From positions 1,920,001 to 1,984,000 of the forward strand of contig CAWAUV010000007.1 in assembly GCA_963785305.1 (NCBI GenBank): DNA of 64,000 nucleotides, in the 5' to 3' direction. This stretch comes from an uncultured Planctomycetaceae bacterium. Its GTDB lineage: Bacteria > Planctomycetota > Planctomycetia > Pirellulales > PALSA-1355. The position numbers and the translations under genes are program-made. Position 1 is the first letter of the stretch; each line of letters begins with the position of its first letter. Shown in pieces: positions 57,001 to 64,000 of the stretch. The notes below the pieces were generated by a model, which was not told the DNA's origin, did no database searches, and was given only the letters and a program-made list of their open reading frames with translations.

Positions 57001-58957
57001 ATGGCGGCATCAACAAGATCGGCGCCGGCACGCTCACGATTGGCTCCTCGACCACGGCGAGCACTTATCAAGGCCCGACCGAAATTACCGCGGGCACGTT
57101 GCAAATCGCCACCGGCAGCGTGACCGCCTTGCCGGCCACGACGGCGGTGACCATCGCCAACGCCGCGGGCACGAACCTGAATCTCAACGGCACGAGCCAA
57201 ACGATCGCTTCACTCTCCGGCGGCGGCTCGCTGGGCGGCAATATCCAGCTTGGCGCCGGCGAGCTCACGATCAATGGCTCGGCCACGACCACCTATGGCG
57301 GCGTCATCAGCGGCGCCGGCGGCCTGACCATCGCCGGCACGACCAACCTCTCCCTGTCGAACACGGAAACCTACGCTGGCCCCACGACGATCTCCGGCGG
57401 CACGCTGACTCTGGGGAACGGAGCGAGTGTGTCGATCACCAATCCGAGCTTCGAGACGCCGAATATCGGCACGGGCGGCGGCGCCTATCAATACGCCCCC
57501 ACGGGCACTGGCATCGGCTGGACATTCGAGGGCTCATCGGGTAGCGGCAGCGGGCTCGCGGGAAATGGCAGCGGCTTTAACAACGCGACAGCGCCCGCCG
57601 GCACGCAAGTCGCCTTCGTCCAAGCGACGGGTTATTTTTCTCAGAGCAGCTTGGCGTTCCCAATTTCCGAAACGTATCAACTGACTTTCTATTCCGCGTA
57701 TCGAAACGGGGAGGCCGGCGTCAATCCGTTCGAAGTCGAGCTAGACGGCAAGGCGATCACGGGCTCCGCAGCCACCAGCACCATTACTCCCACCACCTAC
57801 GCGGGACAAACCGGCGCCGGGACAGGCTTGGGCGGTTACTTGGTCTACACGATCGATTTCACCGCCGCGGCTGGCGCCCACACGCTGGAGTTCCTCGGTC
57901 TCGACACCGGCGGTGGCGATCGCACTTCGTTCATCGACGACGTGCAAATCAGTGGCCTTGTCGGGGCGCTGCCGGCCACCTCCGATGTCCAACTGACTGG
58001 CAACACGTCGGTGTTAAATGCGAATAGCGCTTCTCAAACCATCGCCACGCTCTCGGGCATCGCCGGCAGCAGCGTGACGCTTGGCGCCGGCACGCTCACC
58101 ATTGGCGGCGGGAGCACGACGACCGCCGCCAATTTCCTTGGATCGATCTCCGATGCCGGCTTGGGCGGCGCCGTGGTAATGAACGCTCCAGGCGTCGTCG
58201 AAACCTTTTCCGGCGCCAACACCTACACCGGCGCGACCACGATCAGCGCCGGCTCGTTGCTCATTGATGGCTCGCACGGAGCGAGCGGCGCCTATGCCGG
58301 AAATTATGCCGTGAGCGGTGGAACCCTGGGCGGCTCGGGCAGCATCAACTTCGCCACCACCGCCACCAGCGGCGCGACCGTGGCCGCGGCGCATTCTTCA
58401 TGCCCGGATACAATCCCGCGGCCGGCGCCGTGTCGACCACCAACAGCACCCTCACCGTGACCACGAACAGCGGCGCTGGCGGAAACACCGCGCTGACCAT
58501 GGCCTCGGGCTCGACCTTCGAAGTGAATCTCAACTCGGCGATGGCCGTGACGCTCAACGGAGCGAACGCTCCCACCGGCGGATTCGCCTACCTCAACGCC
58601 GACGGAAGCATCGTGAATCTCAATGGCGGCTCCGCGGGCGCCGGCGCAACGCTCACCGTGCTCGCCGATGGCACGATCCACGCCGGGCAAAGCTACCTGC
58701 TGATCGACCCCAGCCAGTTGACCGGCGCCTTTACCAGTTCGGGCATCACGACCGGCGCCGAGAGCTTGCCCTACACGCTCACCTATCTTGGCCCAGCGGG
58801 CAACAACGATGTCGTGCTCACGGTCGTGCCCGAACCTTCGACCGCCCTCTTGGGCTCGCTCGCCGGGGCTGCGGCGGCCTTCTGTTTGGCGCGGCGGCGG
58901 AGAGCGGCGGCGCGTTGCTCGGACCGCCGTCGAAGCGCGGCGGCGCGCGCGGCTTGA
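54087..58957 (+). CDS. Autotransporter-associated beta-strand repeat protein with PEP-CTERM sorting signal (apparent frameshift near 58390)
   Basis: Signal peptide, WTGGGADANW, many LSGANTY(T/S)G.T.I..GTL repeats, C-terminal VVPEPST + TM + RRRR. Confidence 0.92.
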
Positions 58958-59085
58958 CTTGCCGGACCGGCGGCCCCCACAATGATAAGATATCGCGATC
59001 AGAGCGAGTCTATTGCCTCGCGCGCCGCTGTTTCGCATTTCGGGCCAACCGTTTGGCCTTTCGCATTTTCAAGGAATCGTGCGTT

Positions 59086-60972
59086 ATGCGTTCGTCACCT
59101 CGCTGGCTCCGCGTTTCGCGCCGCGTGACCGGGGCTGCTTGGCCCCTGGCGGCTCTGGTCATGGGTTTTGCCTCGCTCGCCGCTTTGCCGGAGCTCGAGG
59201 CTCGCGAGCCTCGGCATAAGGCCGACGCCGAAGCCTCGAAAGACACGGACGCCAAGAAACCCCAATTCGCGCTCCTCACGCTCAAAAGCGACTACGACGA
59301 AGGAACCGCCGGCAGCGGCCTGTTTGGCGAGATTCAACTCCATTTGAAAGACATCATCGACCGGCTCGATAAGATCGCCGCCGACGACAAACTGCAAGGC
59401 GCGATCATCAAGCTCCGCGCGCCCGGCCTGGGATTGGGCAAAGTCGACGAGCTCCGCGGCGCTATTGCCCGAGCCCGCAAGGCCGGCAAGAAAGTCTACG
59501 CCAATATCGAATCCGTGGCCACGAAGGACTATCTGATCGCCAGCGCCTGCGACGAGATCGTGATGGCCCCGTCGGGCGATCTGCTGATCACTGGCCTACG
59601 GGCCGAAGTCACCTTCTACAAGGGTCTGTTCGACAAGCTCGGAGTGCAGGCCGACATTATCCAAGTGGGCGATTTCAAGGGGGCCGCCGAGCCGTATACC
59701 CGGGCCGAAATGAGTCCCGAGTTTCGCAAGCAGCTCGAAAGCGTGATCGAGGATTATTACGCGCAGATCGTCGAACGCATCGGCGCCGATCGCAAGCTCG
59801 ACCCGGGCCAGGTGAAGGACCTCATCGACGAGGGGCTGCTCAGCGCCGCGCGGGCCAAGGAGGCGAAGCTGGTCGACCATGTGCTCTATGAAGACCAATT
59901 TCGCGAGCACCTGAAAACCACGCTCAAGGCCGACGATGTGAAGTTCGTGAAAGACTATGGCAAAAAGAAGCTCGACGCCGACTTTTCCGGCCTGGGCGGC
60001 TTCATGAAGCTCATGGAATTGATGATGGGAGTCGAGCCGCCGGCCAAGGTCAGCCGCAACGACAAGATCGCCCTGATCTACGCCGTGGGCGTGATCTCCG
60101 ATGACGAAGGCGCCGGCAGCCCGCTGATGGAGGCCGAAGGCATCACCAGCGAAGTCACGATCAAGGCGATTCGCGAGGCCGAAGCCGACGAGAAGGTCAA
60201 GGCGATCGTGCTCCGGGTGGATAGCCCTGGCGGATCGGCCCTGGCCAGCGATCTGATTTGGCGCGAGATCGTGCGCGCCAAGAAGCCGATCGTGGCCAGC
60301 ATGGGCGACACGGCCGCCAGCGGTGGCTATTACATCTCGATGGGCTGCGACAAGATCGTGGCCGAGCCCGGCACGCTCACCGGTTCGATCGGAGTGGTGG
60401 GCGGCAAGATGGCCATCAAGGGCTTGCTCTCGAAAGTGGGCGTCACGACCGACGTGATCCAGCGAGGCAAGAACAGCGGGACATTTTCGAGCATGGACGG
60501 TTTCACCGACAGCGAGCGCGAAGCCTGGAAACGCATGATGCAGGAAGTCTACAAGCAGTTCACCACCAAAGCCGCCGAAGGCCGCAAAATGGACCTCGCC
60601 AAGTTGGAAGGCCTCGCCGGCGGCCGGGTGTTCAGCGGGCGCATGGCCTTGGCCAACGGGCTCGTCGATCAACTCGGCACCTTGCACGACGCGATCGCCG
60701 AGGCCAAAACCTTGGGCGGTCTCAAGAGCGACGATAAGGTTGATCTGTTGATCCTGCCGAAGCCGAAGAACTTTTTCGAGCAACTGCTCGAAGGCCCCCA
60801 GGTCGAGAGCCATTTAAGCGCTCCCGGCGCCTCGCTCGCGCTCTTGGCCTCGCCGGGAGCGAGCCTCGTGCCCGAGGAACTGCGGCCACTGGTTCGCGAC
60901 GCGCGCGCCTGGAGCCGGTTGTTCCACAAACCGGTGACGCTGGCGCTGCCCTATTCGATCGAATTCAAATAG
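59086..60972 (+). CDS. sppA: Signal peptide peptidase SppA (67K type)
   Basis: GDFKGAAEP, LRVDSPGGSA, SMGDTAASGGYY, TLTGSIGV, GLVDQLG. Confidence 0.93.
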   Translation: MRSSPRWLRVSRRVTGAAWPLAALVMGFASLAALPELEAREPRHKADAEASKDTDAKKPQFALLTLKSDYDEGTAGSGLFGEIQLHLKDIIDRLDKIAADDKLQGAIIKLRAPGLGLGKVDELRGAIARARKAGKKVYANIESVATKDYLIASACDEIVMAPSGDLLITGLRAEVTFYKGLFDKLGVQADIIQVGDFKGAAEPYTRAEMSPEFRKQLESVIEDYYAQIVERIGADRKLDPGQVKDLIDEGLLSAARAKEAKLVDHVLYEDQFREHLKTTLKADDVKFVKDYGKKKLDADFSGLGGFMKLMELMMGVEPPAKVSRNDKIALIYAVGVISDDEGAGSPLMEAEGITSEVTIKAIREAEADEKVKAIVLRVDSPGGSALASDLIWREIVRAKKPIVASMGDTAASGGYYISMGCDKIVAEPGTLTGSIGVVGGKMAIKGLLSKVGVTTDVIQRGKNSGTFSSMDGFTDSEREAWKRMMQEVYKQFTTKAAEGRKMDLAKLEGLAGGRVFSGRMALANGLVDQLGTLHDAIAEAKTLGGLKSDDKVDLLILPKPKNFFEQLLEGPQVESHLSAPGASLALLASPGASLVPEELRPLVRDARAWSRLFHKPVTLALPYSIEFK

Positions 60973-61442
60973 CATTTCCAAGGGCATCCTACAAAGATCG
61001 AGGTGCTTCTCGATGGCGGCTTGAGGTTCGGCCAGCCCAGAGGATCCAGTGCGGAAACGACGTCATGGTTTTCCATATTTTTCTGGAACGGCCTCATGCG
61101 CTGCGCGCAACGACGACCAATAGCGGCCGACGTCCCGCGAAAACTTTCGGGGACTCGCTCATTACGCGACGTCATTCGATCAATATATGCCTGTCCCCTG
61201 GATCCTTGGTTATCCCGTTGACTCCCCCCCTTCCACGCGAAGAACCATGCGCACGACTGAGGTAACATTGTGGCGGATGCTGGAACAAAACCTCGCGTCT
61301 TCGTCTGCTCATCCAAAGAAGGACTTCGGATCGCTTATGCCCTCCAAGCCGACATGAAGCATGATGCAGAGGTGACTGTCTGGCCGCAAGGGACCTTCGG
61401 ACCATCGGAATACCCGCTCGAGTCGCTGACGAAAGCATTAGA

Positions 61443-63332
61443 CCTTAAACCAGTATCCCTTTGAGGGCGTGGGCGGGGAGATTTTTGGAAAAAAGCGAAA
61501 TCCCTCGGCGGATTTGCGGTATTCTGTGTTTTTTGCCAAACGCGAACACCGTGGCCACCGAGGGATTTCGAGTGAAAGCCAAGAACCAAAGAGCGCGGGC
61601 CAAGACCCAGAGAACACAGGCCAAGATACGCCGACGTCTCGCCGCATGCAAGCGGCGGGTCGAGCGGCGCATCGACAAGCACAACTGCGAGGGTTGCGAG
61701 CGCCCGATCATGCGGCCCGGCAATATCAAGTATGAGCTTGCGGAGCGCGCGCAAGGCATGGCTTATGGCGGCTTGGGCGCGATGCGGTTGCTGGTCCAAG
61801 AACTGGGGCTGGCCGAAGCGATCGATCGGCGATTGCATTCTGCTCAAGGTGCATCTGCCATATCATGAGAGCGATCATGTGCTCAACCTAGCGTTCAACG
61901 CCTTGTGCGACGGCGATTGCCTGGAAGACCTCGAACTGCGCCGCAACGACGAAGTCTATCTCGACGCGCTCGGCGCCCGGCGCGTGCCCGACCCGACGAC
62001 GGCGGGCGACTTCTGCCGCCGTTTCACGCCGAGCGACGTGCGTGCGCTGCAAGAAGCTTTCCACGAAACACGACATAAAGCTTGGGCCCGCCAGCCCGCC
62101 GAGTTCTTCGCCCAAGCCCGCATCGACATGGACGGCGTGTTCGCGCCCACCGGCGGCCAGTGCAAGGAGGGCATGGACATCTCCCACAAGGGCGAGTGGG
62201 GCTATCATCCGCTGGTCGTGTCGCTGGCCAACACGGGCGAAGTGTTCTCGATCGTCAACCGCTCGGGCAACCGGCCCAGCCACGAAGGGGCGGCGGCCGA
62301 AGTCGATCGCGCGCTGGAAGTCTGCTTCGCCGGCGGCTTTCGCAAGGTGTTGCTCCGCGGCGACACCGACTTCTCGCAGACGACGCATTTGGACCGCTGG
62401 ACGGACGACCCGCGCGTGCGATTCGTGTTCGGCATGGACGCCAAGCTGAAATTGCAGCTTTTGGCCGACGACTTGAAGGACAAGGCCTGGCAACCGCTCG
62501 AGCGGCGCCGCGTTACGCCGTGAAGACCAAACGCCGTGCGCGGCCGACCAATGTTAAGGAAGGCATCGTGCGCGAGCGGGGATTCAAGAACCTGCGGCTG
62601 GTGGGCGAAGAGGTCGCCGAGTTCGATTATCGACCCACGGCGTGCAAGAAGGTGTACCGCCTGGTGGTGGTGCGCAAGTGGATCGACGAGCACCAAGGTC
62701 AGCGGACGCTGTTTTCCAGCTATCGCTACTTCTTCTACTTGACGAACGATCGCGAGCTCACGCCGGCCGAAGTGGTGTTCGAGGCGAACGACCGCTGCGA
62801 TCAAGAGAACCTGAACGCGCAGCTTAAGGCGCGGTGCGCCTTGCACGCGCCGGTCGACAACTTGGTGAGCAACTGGGCCTACATGGTGATGGTCTCGCTG
62901 GCCTGGAACCTGAAGGCGTGGTGGGCCTTGCTCTTGCCCGAGCCGCCGGGCCGCGAACAAGAACTCCGGCGCGAGGAAAAGAAGACGGTGCTCAAGATGG
63001 AGTTCAAGACATTCCGCAACGCTTTCATTCGGATGCCATGTCAAATCGTGCGTGGCGGGCGAAGATTGATCTATCGTTTGTTGGGTTGGAATCGCTGGCA
63101 AGTCGTGTTGTTTCGCTGGCTGGACGGCCTGCGATGTTGACGCCGATCAATTGAAGCCGGAGTCCGGACGCTCCGGTCCGCCGCCACGCCGAACCAGGAA
63201 AGCCAACCGCCAATGCCAAACAAAAACCCGCCGCCGAGAGTAGCGCCGCCGCCGGCGCCGCCCGCTCACGCCGTGCGCACCGCCAGCCACGCGAAACCGG
63301 CGCAAAACGCAACCGCGTACGCTTGTTTAAGG
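61443..63332 (+). mobile_element. IS1380-family insertion sequence
   Basis: Ends CCTTAAAC...GTTTAAGG with a perfect 6-bp direct repeat ATTAGA (61437-61442 and 63333-63338). Confidence 0.92.
61572..63140 (+). CDS. IS1380 transposase (two apparent frameshifts)
   Basis: LKVHLPYHESDHV, PDPTTAGDFCRRF, IDMDG, WGYHPL, LRGDTDF, RCDQENLNAQLK, LAWNLKAW across three frames. Confidence 0.9.
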
Positions 63333-64000
63333 ATTAGATCAGTGTGACTTTGGGATGTTCGTGTTCTCGCCCGACGACGTCGCGATGATGCGCGACCGCG
63401 CGATGCCGATTGTGCGGGATAATGTAATATTTGAGCTTGGACTTTTCATCGGGCGGCTCGGCAGAGAGCGCAACTTTATAATTTCGCCGAATGATGCGCA
63501 TGACCTCCACCTTCCGAGCGATTTAAGCGGCATCACGCCGATCCGTTTCGATCCGAATCGCGAAGATGGGAATTTGCTGGCGGCAATCGGCGCCGAGACA
63601 TTCCCAATTAAGACGTCGCTCAAGTCGCGGGGTCGCTTCTCTGCAACCACGAATGCCCCGCCTGCTAAAGGAAAGACTCTCATCGGGGAGACGAACGGTG
63701 CGGAGCAAACCGAATTGACGCGAGACGGCGGCACGCCCACCGGCGGCCTGAACGCCGGAGATTCGCCTAGCAATCGCTTCATCATTGCGGCCAGCAGGAC
63801 CTACTGCATTTCGCTGAAAGTCGCGGCCAGCTCGATCGGGGGCGCTGTCGTTGGCTCGTTTCTCCGCAAACTGGTCGTGCGGAACGCTGGCGCCACCGCT
63901 TCAGCCGTGGCCATCGTTTCGCATTCGTGCGATTATGATTACAACCCCTCGGGCCTCGGGTTGACAGTGCAGGCCGATACGACCAATGGTTCGGTGCAAG

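Larger units (their letters stand above)
61270..64000 (+). pseudogene. TIR-domain (CAP12/Pycsar-type) protein with C-terminal beta-rich domain, interrupted by IS1380; runs off the window
   Basis: 61270-61442 ([13 protein letters not shown]...W.QGTF...LESL..ALD) joins in frame to 63339 onward (QCDFGMFVFSPDD...RDNVIFELGLFIGRLGRER...LHLPSDLSGIT). Confidence 0.9.

Noticed and set aside
58318..59085. Long N-terminal extension of SppA
   Set aside because: It overlaps the true C-terminus of the PEP-CTERM protein in another frame. The SppA signal peptide starts at about 59086.
63339..63785. 148-aa minus-strand ORF
   Set aside because: Antisense shadow of the plus-strand TIR frame.

Overview
High-GC bacterial chromosomal window with a Planctomycetota-like gene repertoire (inferred). 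In order it holds: (1) a minus-strand cluster of PQQ-propeller, prenyltransferase-fold, MoxR, DUF58, BatA, VWA and coiled-coil genes (1-17.9 kb); (2) HU, Rrf2, a GH71/99-like hydrolase, a phytase-like esterase, ASCH, an ABC ATPase and folD; (3) a translationally coupled HEPN + BolA-like gene pair; (4) a VWA-TPR-TPR operon; (5) PIN/TRAM, dGTPase and HIT genes, a putative 6S-like RNA and an initiator-type tRNA-Met; (6) four IS elements (one IS1202/ISNCY-like, two inverted ISAs1 copies, one ISKra4) stacked between two divergent promoters; (7) nusA-infB-rbfA and downstream genes, a PEP-CTERM beta-helix surface protein and sppA; (8) an IS1380-interrupted gene that reconstructs to a CAP12/Pycsar-type TIR domain fused to a beta-rich domain resembling phage tail-fibre C-termini. 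That TIR fusion is missing from the ORF track and is the best candidate for a new system; the HEPN + BolA-like pair is the second. Many genes, including essential ones (nusA, infB, folD), carry frameshifts that are most likely sequencing indels. All family assignments come from motif recognition by eye, with no database search.
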